From Raillietiella orientalis (taxonomy: Eukaryota): 64,000 bases of DNA. A model generated the notes under the pieces. That model was not told the DNA's origin. It saw only the letters and a list, made by a program, of their open reading frames with translations, and did no database searches. Position numbers and translations under genes: made by a program. Location: positions 124,001-188,000 of the forward strand of contig JAYWIR010000047.1 in the NCBI GenBank assembly GCA_036172245.1. The letters are read 5' to 3'. This document shows, one piece after another, positions 36,420 to 49,468 of the stretch; position 1 is the stretch's first letter; the number at the start of each line of letters is the position of its first letter.

Positions 36420-38449
36420 TTGGCACTGCCTCTCCTCCTCCCACCACACCATCATCATCATCCTTATCATTGCCATTATCCTCGTCTCCCTCACCCTCAT
36501 TCCCTTCCCTATCCCCGCTCTTATAACATCATCATCATTCCCTTCTCAACATCGTCGCCCTCATCCCCACACTTCTCTCTCCTCCTCATCCTCCACGGCG
36601 ATGCCCGTGGAATCTGCCCTCCCAATCGCTTGCTCCACCACGCCGCCGAGAGCTACAGCCTCGGAATAACGGAATTCCCCGAGGAGGTCGCTCCTCCTGC
36701 CATCCTTCCGCCTTCTCCCCGGCCTCTCCCTTGTTCGCTTCCCCTGCCCTCAGTGAGACCCGGCCATCCGAGCCTCGCGCCAACTCTGTCCCCTTTGAAC
36801 TCCCCAGGACGAACCGGGAGAAAAGAGGGCAACAGGGAGGGAAAAGAGGGAGGGAGGGCAACATGACTCGAGGTTCACGCTGCCTCATCTCCTCTGGAAT
36901 GCCAAGGCAGGACGCGACCGCTTCCCCCTCCTAGCTCTTCCTCGCTCTTCTTCCGGATGTCCCTCTACGCAGCCCACTATCCTTGGACCGGAAAGTGTCC
37001 CATCCCCTCCACGGCGTCCATCCGTGAGAGACTGGGAGATGTGCTCCTGCTAGCGACCTCCATGCGTCCTTTCGCAAGCGACCATCTTCCCCTCTCCCCC
37101 TCCTCCCCGGTGCTTCCTCCTTGATCTGTCTTACTCCTCACCCTCCATCTTGCCCCTTGCAGGAAGCGCCGAAGGTCGCGAGCTCGTGGGACAGCCCGTG
37201 TCTCCTTTCCTAACCTGGAGGCAACTGAAGCGACACGAAAAGAGCCAAGAAGCTGCTCGAGGAGGAGGTCCAAGGAGGGGCTACGCTTGGAGGAGAGAGA
37301 GGGTGAAGGAGGCGATGGCGGCTTCTGGTCCCGACTTTGTGCCTACCCTCCTCCCTTCCTCCTCCTCCTCCTCCTCTCCCTTACTCTTCCTGCGCGACTT
37401 CTCGGCTGCTTTCGTGTTGCGCCCTCCGCCTCCAGGCTCGAGGTCGAGGCTCAGCCTGTCCCCCACGGCGAGTTCCGTCAGGAAGGACAGCGAAGAAGAC
37501 AAGCAAGGGAAGGAACGATGCTGTACCCATTGACTGTTTCGCTTCGAGGTTGTCCCTTCCCCCTCCTCACCGAGACGCAGAGGGACAGGAGGCCTGCGAT
37601 TCCCCTGATCAGATCTCCCGGGTTCCTCCTGGAGTAGGGAACTCCTCGGAGCGCCTCCGGATGAGGCGAGACACTTCCGAGTTTCCTCCGGATTCCTTGC
37701 GAGCTGAGGATTGGGATTTCCTTCTTGCAGCGGAGGAGGTGGGGAACCGGTTCGGAGAGAGAGAGCACTGGGGGCAGTCTCCAGAGCTTCCCGTACCCTC
37801 TCCCTGCCTGCCCCCCTCCAACGCTCCGCTCTGTTTGCTCCGGAAGAGGCGGTTCTTCCCCCCCCCTCTGCCCTCCTTCCCCTCTCCTTTCTTGGTCCTG
37901 GAAAGCCGTTCGTCCGTCCTGTCACGCTGCCGCCTCACCGCACGCTCGGCTGGCGCGCACAGCCCTACCGAGGCGACTTCCGGACTCTCCTTGACGCCTC
38001 CGCCGGCTCCCGCGGAAGGAAATGGCACGCGCGACCTCCCCGAGGAATGCTCGGCCCTCGACGGCTGCCTCCCTAGGGCCCTCCACCTTCCTTTGCGCCA
38101 GATGGAAATTTTGTCCTCCCGCGTTAGGGAGACCGGGCAGCGCTACCCCTACTCGTCTCCCGCTGGAACCCAGTTCGCGTCGACCGCCTCTCCAGGAGCG
38201 GGCTGGACGTCCTCTGGTGGTCACCCACCTCGAACACTGGGCAGGTCGGCACTGGGGAGGAGGAAACAAGGGTATTGCGCGCCTTGTTCCGTCCTCCTCA
38301 CTTACAGCAGGGGAACGGGGGTGGCGTGGCTTAGCAGCGCGGGACCGGCAGACTTGGGAGGGAGAAGGGAGAGGTGCGCAGGTTCCGCGTGACCATGACG
38401 ACGACGGCGCGCATCGGATCTCCCCCCTCCCCTTCCCTCTCTCTCCTTC

Positions 38450-39130
38450 CCAGTCTACGCCTCCCGTTTATGGGTCGTGCCGGAGATCGCTCCAGCTGCT
38501 CCGTCGGCAACCCAGCCTCCATGACATCAATAACAACAACATGCGGAGAGGTGCTTGGCCATACGGAAAAGCGTTTCCATGCCAATGGTTTTCCTCTGAA
38601 GCCTATAAAGGGCAGATTCCGGGAAAGGACAGAATCAGTGAGCATCTGGGTGGCTCCCTGAATCGCAGTGGACAGTTCCAGGAGCTTCGACGTGCTTCCC
38701 CGGCCGACAGGGTAAGGAACTGACCAGGACCAAATGGGGAGGGGGTAGAACTGCTCGTTGCCCTTGGTTACAGAACGCGTGGATGATAAAGAGTACCGTC
38801 CTCCCCTCCCTACCACAAAGCTGCTATTCTTCTCTTCCGAGAAAGGAGGAGAAAGCAGAGAAGACAAGGCGTCCTGATCTTCGGAGCTGGAGGTCGAACT
38901 TCCCCTCAGAGCGACTCCAAGCAGCGTAATCACTTCCTCCCAAACACGCATCCTGACCGCGCGCTTGGCATGCAGAAGCTTCCGGGAGGGTCCAGGAGCA
39001 TCCCTTTGGGTTCCCCTTTCCCCTCTCCCCCCTTCCACTCCTCCTCAGGGGCTCCCTCTCGGAGGCGGGACCTCCTGAGGATCCCGGAAGGATACCCCGA
39101 AATGGATCGTCGACCCTCCCCTCGGGTGCC
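38450..39130 (-). mobile_element. Degenerate L1 ORF1 remnant preceded by a fragment of the SINE-like body
   Basis: LSTAIQGATQMLTDSVLSRNL...VMEAGLP parallels ORF1 at 11447 (LVAHLTGVTFRML...HENGGLP). 39065-39115 matches 33420-33460. Confidence 0.35.
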
Positions 39131-40456
39131 TCGAGGCTGGGCAGGAACAGACGAAACCCGGAGCTTCGTTCCGGGGACACTCCGGGATTAACCTCGTTCG
39201 GGGAACTACCAAACAACGGTGGGATCCGCGCTGCGCGCCGCACCGGCCGGCCCCGTCCCACCGGCCCGCAGGACGAAGGAGGGGTAGCTACCGCGGTCGC
39301 GCTTCCGGGCATCGCACCCCTCGCTGAGGGCCGCACGGACGCTGCCGGATCTCCTGGACCTTCCGAGACACCGGAGAAGTGCGATGCGCTAGAGTCTCGT
39401 CCCCCGAAAGATCGTTTCTTTCCGGTGCTGCATTGGCCACTGGGCCGACGTCGGGTGTGTGGACCGCTCTATGAGTCGAGTCATTTCCGTTGTCCCTCTC
39501 TCCCTCTTCCTCTTGCCCTTTCGATCCATCCGATTGCGCCCTTCGCGGGATCCAAAGGCAAAGAGGAGCACCTGGAGTGATTTGGAGAAGAGACTGAGGC
39601 ACTTGGCTGAATAGGGATGGGGTGAGGTGGTCAGGTGAGTGCAGCCCTTGCGTTCCTCATGCCCGTGGCGCCTCGTCGCTCGTGTCTCTGCTGCCGCGCT
39701 CGTGACGACCCAGCCAGTGTGGAGGGAAAACTCGGACACCCGAAGGACAGGTCGTGCGGGAGGCTGACGGGGTCTCCATCCCAGAGTTGGTAGGCGGCGA
39801 CTGCCCGGCTGCCTCCAGGGCACGCAGCAAAAGGCGAATGGAAAAAGGATGTGAAGACTCGGGAGAGAGGTGGGTCTCCATCATCGAACGGCACGGGCCT
39901 GCGTCCGCTTCGTTTATCCTGAGGGAAAATTGAGGCGGTAGTCAGGCTGCCGCGCCTACGGAAAGCGGGAGCGGCAGAGAGTGGGCCAGCGGAGATACCG
40001 GCGATGAACCTCGAGGAGAGGGGGAAGGCGTGTGCGCGAACCAACGACTCCAGCTGCTCGACTGCTCTTCAGCGCGAAGCACACACCCGGAAGTAGTTTC
40101 CGGTGCCCTGCACGTGCGCGCTCAGCCGGTGACTTCACCCCCCCCCCCCCTTGCCGCCTCCTTTTGACCCTGCTCGGGTCGCCGCCGGTTCGGGAAAGCC
40201 AGGGGCCTGCTACTAGCTGCCGCCGTCCTCGTCCGCTTGCGATCGCGATGCAACCGCCCAGCGTCGCAATCTACCGCGCCGCCAGACCGGCTGGCGAGTC
40301 CGCTGCCGGCCACCTACTCCCCCCTAATGCCTGCGACTGACGCTCGAACCGGATGCTGAGCTAGGCGGGGGTGCGCGCCGTTGCCGTCGCCGCACGCCCC
40401 GCTACTGGAGGACTCTCTGACGCGAACCTTTTCGTGCTTTTCAGGTCTGCTTCGAG

Positions 40457-40894
40457 ATGAACGTACGGCACGCGTGCATCCTCTTCGCGTTCCTTCTGTG
40501 CACAGCCCTCGTCCTGTCCGACTATTACGACTACGACGGTGGCTACCATGACTACGATGGCTACGGCTACGACTCGTACTACGACGACAAAGGCAACAAG
40601 GGCAAAGGTCAAAAGAGCAAAGGGAAAGGATACAAGAGCAAGGCTTACAAGGACAAGGGAAAAGGGAAAGGGAAAGGAGAAGAGTACGGCTACACGGGCG
40701 GGTACGCCCCCTCCTACAGCAGATTCAACCCTTACCACAACTATGGACACTCCTACAGCTCGTACAGCCACCACATTCCCTCGTACTCCGTGCAGAGTCT
40801 GCGGTACCCTTCCTTCCACCGTTCCGCCAACACCTTCTTCAACTTCCGCCAGTATCCGCAGCCGCGGCCGCTCTTCATGACAACCTTCGCGTAG
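40457..40894 (+). CDS. Secreted Tyr/Gly/Lys/Asp-rich low-complexity protein, 145 aa
   Basis: Signal peptide MNVRHACILFAFLLCTALVLS and strong C/G third-position bias. Splice acceptor CTTTTCAG ends at 40444, just upstream. AATAAA at 40965-70. Confidence 0.85.
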   Translation: MNVRHACILFAFLLCTALVLSDYYDYDGGYHDYDGYGYDSYYDDKGNKGKGQKSKGKGYKSKAYKDKGKGKGKGEEYGYTGGYAPSYSRFNPYHNYGHSYSSYSHHIPSYSVQSLRYPSFHRSANTFFNFRQYPQPRPLFMTTFA

Positions 40895-42752
40895 ATCCTC
40901 CCTTGTCCCTTTTACCCCCATCCTGCACCAGAACCATCGTGGAAGCGACAGCAGTAACAGCAATAATAAATGCGCCAGCTGAGCCGTCCTTGACCATCAT
41001 CTCCTAACAGAACTTGATCGGTTATGAAATGAGGACGTCATCCCTGACGTCTTGCTGCCTTCGGAGGCCAATGCAGTCTCCGTCGTACGACGAGAGCGCA
41101 GGGGAAGCTTCCGGAAGACCAGACCCCCAGGGCATCTCGAAGTCCCATGCCTGAAGATCCCTTTCTGCACCTTCTCTTTCCTTAGGCATCAGCCACCAGA
41201 GGAATCCGGGCGGTCTTTCAAAGGCAGAGAGGTCTATGGATCCGTGGAAGGCACAGCGGCCACCATTCTTGCAGGAAGAGGAGTCGAGCTGTTGAGAGGG
41301 GAGGGAAACGCCTATCACGACCTGTTGTGGTACTGATCTATGTGGACCTCTTTTAGAGGTAGTTTCAGCAGTCGGGACGATCCTGGTTCGCAGAAATGGC
41401 ATCCGCCCGCGCACCCGGCTGGTGCGCACACCCTCCTATAGTCCCCTCGAAAGCAGGCGCCTCCTCTTCAATGACTCCATGGGCATCGTGGGCAGCGTCA
41501 GCAGTCTTGTCCCGAGGAGTTTCCGGGCAGAGTAGCGATCGTCGATCCCTCCCAACGGCGTTCGGACGGATTCGTTCGTTTCCTGAGGAAGGACGATGGC
41601 TGCTGACTGTCTTCCCGTTTCTTAATGGCCTTTGTTCACCGCTCTGCATTTGCAGCCTCCTGTGTTGCCGTCCTTCGAAGGATGCCACGACAGCGCATGC
41701 CTCGAAACCAGACACGAAAAAGGATGGAAAAGGAAGCGAGGAAGGAAAATCCTCCGTCGTCCTCTTCTCCTGATCCCTTCTCTCTTAGGAGACACTCAGC
41801 ACCACCGTCACTACCACCTTAGAATCCCTTCGCATTGCGCTCAACACATTTCGCAATTCTTCTAGGAAGGCAAAGGGACTCCGCCAGCTTCTCAACCCTT
41901 CTGGACCAAAAAAAAAAAAAGGCTTTTCGCCATTCAGGGACGGGAACCAGTCCGGTGCTCCGCTGATCCCAACTGGGATCGTGTAGGATGCTCACTCGAG
42001 CGTGCTGCTGCCCCGCCGCTGCTCCCGAACTCCAAACCCGACTACCAGGAAGAGCCCCGGAAACCGAGGACAAAACAAAATGGAGGAGAGCAGCTTGAAA
42101 TTCTTTCACCGGAGCGGCGATGCGGCGAAAGCTGCAGAAGATGCGGGAGACGGCCGATGAAGAGGCAGGATTCCGCCCAATCAAAATGGGCTTCCACTTG
42201 CTCGCCGAAGAAGAGGCAGGGAACGGTCCCTTCCACGTGGGATTCCGGTAAGCGTGTCGGCAGCTGAATTCAGCGGCCGCTTCAGTGCCCGTGGAAACCT
42301 CGCAAGCCTTCTTGACTGAAAAAGCGGAGAACGGGTCAGCGGTATTCGGAAGGGAGGTAGCATCTTCTGAAGAAGAAGATGACCAGAGGGCGTAAGCAGG
42401 TGGGAAGCGTTCCCGGAAGCACTTGCGGCCGTCGATTCTAAGAAATCGAAAAAACGGCATTGGCACGAAGCCGTGCTCTTTCCTCCGTCTCAAGCAAACA
42501 CTTTCAAAGACTTCCTACTTCCCCTTCCCGTTCGAGCCCCAAAAGAATCCGGGAATCTTCGTGTTTTTTGGCCTTTGGTACGTGAAGCAACATCTAAACA
42601 GGGGAGGGCTCATTCCGTAGAGAGAGATGCGCATAACATCATAGGAAGAGCGCCGTGAACGCCACGCGATGGAACGAGAGCTTTTGCACGCGCGTTAGCA
42701 GATGGCTCTGCAAGTCGCTCGCAGGCTCCACCAGCCTTCCGCGACTGGAGGG

Positions 42753-43900
42753 TTTTCCACCCGGTGACTCCGGGGCGTTCATTTGTAAAAATAAACCAGT
42801 TGGGAACAAGGCTCATGACCAACGACAACAAGAAACAAAATGGGTGAACATGGAGAACGGAACAGAGAGTCCGGAACAGAGGAGGGACTAGAGGAGGACA
42901 AAAAAAAAAACAAAATGGGTGGGAAGGGGCAGCAATTTTTGGTTCCGAGCCGTTTGCACCGGGATAAAAACAAAAAGCACAAGAGAATTACGGAGAGAAA
43001 TGAGGGTGGGTGATATGAAAAAAAAAAAAGAATAAAGGGAAGGAAGAGACGAGGACCACCGGGTCCGCCGTTCCAAACCGTCCATCAACCGGCGGTGGAC
43101 GCCGGTGATCACCTCCTTGGCTTCTTCTGCCAGATGAAGCCATCTTGCAGCCGCTCTGATGTGGGTGGCTGCCATCCTGATGACCTCCCTTCGTTGCATA
43201 GTGGTTCCTAACACCAGTCGGCCCCCAATGATGGCACAGATGCAACCCATGGTTGCAATAACGGCGCCCTTCGAGAGGTCTCTCGGCGCGAAGAATCGCT
43301 TCAGCACGTCTCGGTTGGTGTCCCCCTGGTGCAGGAGTGCTATTGGCAGCCTCTGCCACAGTTATTGGAGGGCATCGCAGTCCAAAAGCAGGTGCGGGAT
43401 CGACTCCGTCTACCCGCACCTGCACAGTTTGGTGGTTCAACCCCTCCGGAAAGTCGATGCCGTCTCTCGTTACACTGGAATCCCTAGTCGATGAAGAGCA
43501 ATACGGACTGCTTCCAGGCGAGGAGGAACAACGAACCGTCCACACAATGGGGAGAGATCACAGGTCCTTCAGGGCAACACTCAAGGGTTCTCCCTACGAA
43601 ATGAGTTCCTTCGCTACAGAACTCGGAGTGGCAACATCCATCAACTCACGCGTCTTCCAGGCACCGAGGAGTTTTGTTTGGCGGAGAAGGTAACACTTGG
43701 TGCAGAGGGGTTCCTCCGATGGCAGTCAGCAAGACTACGGGAAGCGAACTCTGCCGTGAAGACGTGGCACGGAACACTACATGGATGGGCAGCACACGTC
43801 TTCTGACCACAGGAGGGTACCGCCAGCCAGGAATGAGCCAGGGAAATAAGCTAAAACAGTCATCGTTTAAGCAGACAAAAACTGATTGAGGGAGGGGAGT
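42753..43900 (-). mobile_element. 3' end of L1/Tx1-clade LINE
   Basis: Minus-strand LCRCG*TESIPHLLLDC zinc finger, a T-rich 3' UTR and terminal AATGAA-CGCCCCGGAGTCACCGGGTGGAAAA hairpin. Confidence 0.7.
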
Positions 43901-44349
43901 AGGAACTTTGAAAAAATGAAAAGCAAAAAACGGAGGAAAATGATAAAGAGTTTGCCTTTTCTCTCTCTCTCAGATTTATTACAGAAAGCAGACTCAAAGT
44001 TACATGCATTGCGTCATGATTCATCATTTTTCATCTTGAAAGCTCAACGTTTTAGCCGAGACACGTGTCTACGATAGCGAATTTCAGTGTTACCACGCAT
44101 CTGGTCCCTCCTTGATGAAACGCAACTTTCATATGCAGCTTGGCGACTCGAAAATCAGAAAAAAAAATGAAAAAAAAAACAGGACAGCTCTAGTGATTGC
44201 CTTCTGTTAAGGGCCTCAAAAAAAAGAGCCAGAAAGTGATCCGCTTTTGACATTCATGGTAAAGTGATGCAGACGGATCGACATTGAATTCCTCAGTGTC
44301 TCTGCGTGGGACGAGAGTATGGCTGCTTCCTGAAGATTGGCCGCCAGGC

Positions 44350-45050
44350 ATCAGCGCACGGATTCTTCTCCCCCCTCCCTTCCTCTTTCATCCTTGTCCT
44401 GCCACTCCCCTCCTCATCGATGGCAAGGTATCGCATCTCATGCTTAGCGCTTGGATTCTCGGGGCGCCCGCGCCACTTGCATCCGTTCGGGAGCCGCCAT
44501 TTTGTTGCAGAAGGCTTGCATGTTGAACGTGATAGGAAGATCTGTGCGTCCGATAGACGTCTGTCTTGGGGGCACCTCCCATCCATGAGTTGCCATCTCA
44601 TCCCGATGTCTGCTTTCTCTGCACTGGGAATTCCGGTGCAACCAGCGCAGGCACCTGGTTTTCGGTGGCACCTGGTTCCAGGTTGCGTCCCCGAACTGTT
44701 GGAGGTGCAGGACGATCGAATCGTTTCCACACCTCTTGTTGGACTGCAGTGCCCCGCAGGACGTGTGGTGGATATGCCTTCGCTTCGTCGCTCCGCCACC
44801 CGGTGGATGCCGCTTTGGACCTGCCGCGGAGATTCCTCACGCGAGGCGGACCCACGGCAGGCGCTGAGATGCTGCATCCACGCAGTCGTCGCGGTCCGCC
44901 GCTCCGTGCTGGAGTTTCACTCTCAGCGAAGGAACGCCACCCGAAAAGCAGTCGCCTCGATGAGAGGCGGCTACGAGGTGACCTCATCCGCACGAAGTCT
45001 CCGGGGGGGCCTTGCATTTAGCGTCGATCCTGCTACTCAGCGTCAAGCAC
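44350..45050 (+). mobile_element. 3' part of L1-like ORF2 (zf-RVT)
   Basis: NCWRCRTIESFPHLLLDC near 44695-44750. 44620-44960 is a close reverse-complement match of 58950-59270. Confidence 0.7.
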
Positions 45051-45329
45051 GAGACCGGGTGCGAAAGCGTTTCGACGTCGTCTCCGGAGGATAAGTCGGA
45101 GATCAGTCCCTCCAGATACCAGAGGATGCTCACTTGGAACCACGGAGGAGGAAGGAGCCATCCTCATGCTGTTCTGGATACACTACTTGCGGTTCGAAGG
45201 GAAGATCTGGATTCTTAGCGAGCGGCCTCGGCTGATGGCAGTCTACTGGTAGGTCGTAGATCGGCAGCAGCAGAAACGCCCTTTATTTGTTCGACTCGAT
45301 TTGTTAAGTGTTTAATGAAATCACCCCAC

Positions 45330-48245
45330 CGCGAGTCGGACTGGGGAAACAGCAGCGGGAGCGCTGCGAGCTCTGCAGGGGTGCCACCTCCAGTCGAAGT
45401 GCTGTCTCACGAGTGTTCGGCGTGGACACACCCAACCTTTCCAGCCTGTTCTATAGTGAAGAAGAGAAGCGGAGATGAAGAACAAAGTGGAGAGCATGGA
45501 GGCAAGGCCATCGGCCAAGGCAGCAAATATGACGGCAAGCAAGGCACCCGTGGCTCTGCCGTACGCCACTGTAGCCGTGGCAACGGGAGCGTCCGTGACT
45601 AACATGGAAAGAGGCGTGATCTCCGGAAAGAAAATTAAGAAAGAAACGGAGCACGATGCAGACTTTCGGAACAAAAATAACGATGGTCACTCTCCCGGGG
45701 GGACGTTACCAACAATGCGGTGCGCTACATCTACTTCGTGATCCACCGCAGGAACATCGAATCCCAATGGATCAAGGCGATCGTGTCGTTCGTCGGGGGT
45801 CCTCGGTGTACACAGACAGCCCGGACGTGGTTGACGACATCCTCGTCAACGGGCCATTCCTCCGCGGGATCTTTGAGGATGCTGCGACAACCACCCATCT
45901 GTCCGGGTTAGAGTGCATAATGGAATACGTCACGAGTACTTTGAACAGTTTGAGGAGGTCTTCGACCTCACCGAGATGGTTCATAAAGATGGAACGTACA
46001 GCACACAGGCTCTACTGAAACTCCGAATGAACAAGGGCACCAAAGTCCCCAACATAGCGTGCCTCGATGCAGGAAACTGACTGAAAGTTACACTCCACGG
46101 AGCTTCAAGTCACCTACTGGGAGTAGCCTGAACGGTCCTGCCGAGATTGCATGTCGTTCGGGCATCGTACGGCAGCATGCTCTAGAGGCAGACGCAGGAA
46201 GTGAGGGAGATGGGCCACGAGGCGGCCGAACGCGTGCTCCCGAACCGCTGCTTTGTCCACAGCGCGGCAGGATACGAGCGCAAAGGCTGACCCAAGTTGG
46301 TAGAACGGACGACGTTCCAGGAACGCAGTCGCACAGAAAAAGAGGAAACTCAGAAGGAGGCCCCTATTCCCCTCCCTTCCTCCATACCCAACCCAGCCCC
46401 GCCCCCAGAAGGAAGAGAGACAACCTAAGGAAAACACGCACTTGCGCGGAAGAACATTCTCAACCACGCAACCCTGCTGCCTCAGCAGCAAGGGCGCGTG
46501 GAGCCTATGTAAACCGCCCACGCAGAGAATCCTGTTCCCACTTTCTCCGAGGCAGCCGAGGAGCAGACAGTTTCCGCCGAACTGCGCGTCAGGATAGAGT
46601 ACCTACACGTGAAGGTGAAAGAACAGATGACCCCGGAAGAAAGAGGGTCTTGAGCGACATGCTTAGAACCTGAGGGAGCAGTCCATTCTCTCGCCGGTGA
46701 GAAACCACCTGGAGATGGAGGTCTACGTAACAGCGCAGCCGGCCCTGCTTCCGGCGGAACGGAAGCGTAAGGGCACGCGGGCTTCCGTGGCTTGCACGAG
46801 GCACTAGGCAGCTCCCCATGGATAGCTGCCGCATCGGAGAGCGAAGTTAGCACCACGGTGGGCTACTGCTGCATATCCGATGATGACAGCTCCCAAGCAG
46901 AGATGCCAGAGGAAAGGCCCTATGGCCAAACAGGACACCGACCGACCCCAGCAACCGCGCTGAGGTCCAAAACGGAAACGAAATTGGCGCCAACGGCGTT
47001 CTTCCACACTCGCTGCTAGATCGTGGGAAAATTCCTATCGTCTGTAAAGGAAACCAGGGTTGCATGCTGGAATCTGAATGGATGCACCCAGCCGAGGAGG
47101 AGGATGCAGCAAGAATGGCTTCTTCTCCAGAACACCTGCTGCCTCCAGGAAACCAACCGGCTGGCCCCGGAAATAGAGAGAGATCTCGGTCAGCAGATGA
47201 GGACGCAGCTCTTTGCCGACTAGGGCAAATCCTATAGGAAAGGGGTCGCCATTCTACCTACTGCCGGTCATCCTGGAAATGTTCTGCAGATGGGGAGGTC
47301 GCGTCCTGAGCCTCCGGATGGCGTAGTCCGGAAGCGCTCACCTGTTCGCAGTGAACGTGTGCGGACCACATCTGAAGAAGGAAGCCTCTGCGAAGGTCCT
47401 CGATGGACCTCATGAAGAGCAAGATAACGGCTAAGGAGGTCCTCATACTGGTAGGCGGCCTGCTGAACGAAGTGCGCGTAGTCCACATCTACCAGTGGCT
47501 GGCGGAGGATCTTGTCCTTGCGTGTATGGGGCGAACCTGACCCCAGCTGACTACACGCTGCACTCTGAACAACCGCATCCAGAGGAATCCAGGAGCTGAA
47601 CACCGGGATCTCAGGCCACCCTCTGCTGAAGCTGCAGATGCAGGCGAGGAATCCCAGAAGGGAGCACGCGGAGCCCAGGGCGGCATTCTTCTGCATGCCT
47701 ACGTGGTATCAGTACTACCTTCCGTACCACCAAGTGATAGAGGCTATCCTGCCCACGACCACCATGGAGCGCATGGCCGACTGGGATGCTCTGAGGCATG
47801 CAATCCACATCATTTCAAACATGCAGTACGGCGATAGAAAACTATGTGAGGAAGCGTACAAGGAGATGCACTATCAACTTCCTTTCCACTCTGAGTGCTG
47901 GAAAGAGTACCAGAGACGCTCTCTGGACTGCAGCGTGAAAAAGGACATCGGGAGTGTTGTTTTTCTCCACACATCTGATCGTCCCTCAAACCGATATCTT
48001 TCACGTTCACCATTATGGCCGAGACTGCCAAACCTCGGAGGAGGTGTTGGGAGCCTTCCAGTACATCGAGCTATTCCACAGGAGGAGTTTGCACCCGGGA
48101 GCTCAGGAACGCATACTTCGTAACGTGAAGAAGCACCTGAGCTCTCAAGGAAGTGCTGAGCTGGACGCTGAATTCTCCCTGGATGAGATCAAGACAGCGT
48201 TTGAGGAACTCCTCAAGGACGTGGCGGGGGACCCCGACAGTGTGA
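45330..48245 (+). mobile_element. Degenerate L1 element: ORF1 remnant, APE remnant and start of RT
   Basis: Decayed knuckle RCFVHSAAGYERKG near 46245, then VACWNLNG and CLQETN at 47059-47157, then ELDAEFSLDEIKTAFEELLKDVAGDPDS, the linker preceding RT. Confidence 0.65.
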
Positions 48246-49468
48246 CTGTCACGCAGTCGGCGTTACCTGCCCGCCTATCTGCGTCTGTTCCGCCAACTAC
48301 TGGACTGCACTGCAAGGTAAGGACGACTGTCTGCCTCCAATGTCGGAGAGTTGCTGTACAAGGAATTCGTGACTCCGACTTGCTAGGTTAAGAAATTTGC
48401 GCCAGTGTGGAAGAAGAAAAGGACGGAAATGAGAAACAGAACGAAATAAGAAATATGAGACAAAAGATCGTCCTATTCAGAAGGAATCTTCTGGATACAG
48501 TAATCATATGATTGGAGGGACAAGTGTGATCCTAGATCTGCTGCTCTGACTGGAATGATAATTGTGCGATTTTTAGAAAGAAAGAGAAGAATGATCGCAC
48601 AGATCAACTGACCACTCAGCCCTCGCCTTCAAGCTGTATTCCACTTTTTGATGCATTTCATTTAATGCAATTTCTGCGTATGTTTGTGATTATTGCACTG
48701 AAATGATTTAATGCATGATTTAATGCAATATTTCCAAGCATATCTATTTCTTTCATTGAACTGGCCTTCTGTAATTACCCTCATTTATCTGGATTTTCAG
48801 TAAACCAGATGAGTCCAGGTATAATTCGATTATACAGAAGATAAACATTCATTTATGACCCACAAATATAATTATAATCAAAGAAACAATAGGGATCTTC
48901 ATTATGCAAACACATCATATTTTATTTTTACAAGACGAGAATTCTAAATAGAGTACGTTCCTTAATCTCAGCTAGATTCTTTTTCCTTGATTAATGAAAT
49001 AATTTTGTACTTCCTGAAGAGCTGACTGAAGGTTACACTGCGATTACAGTACAATTGCCGCAGAAATCGATTTTTATGCCAACCACCATTGCATCAATAA
49101 ATTCGTTTCTACGGTGTTTTTTATTTTATTTATAAGTAATTAATTAATTAATTATTTTTTTTATCACCTTTGATGAATTTGAAATAATGCATGGCGTTTC
49201 GGAAGGAATTGAATGATGGTAGTTCTGAAATCATACCATATCCGCTTTCTATTTTGGAGTCTGATTCGTGTGCACGTGTCGCGATAATGAAGGTTTATCG
49301 GAAAGGTTTATAGAGTCTTAGAGATAAAACTTGCAGGTGAGTATTAATAATAATATCGTCGTTTAGTGCAGAGTTAAATGTCGTGTGCACTTAACTGTGC
49401 AGTATCTGGTATGCAATATTGTGAAAATCAATTTTTGCTTCATAATGTTTGAAATTTATTTCTTTAGC

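Noticed and set aside
25453..38392. Long ORFs 25453-26691, 27753-28811, 33504-35054 and 37337-38392 as genes
   Set aside because: Arg/Pro/Ser/Gly-rich translations with no recognisable domain, overlapping repeats or running across composition boundaries; consistent with stop-poor GC-rich sequence.
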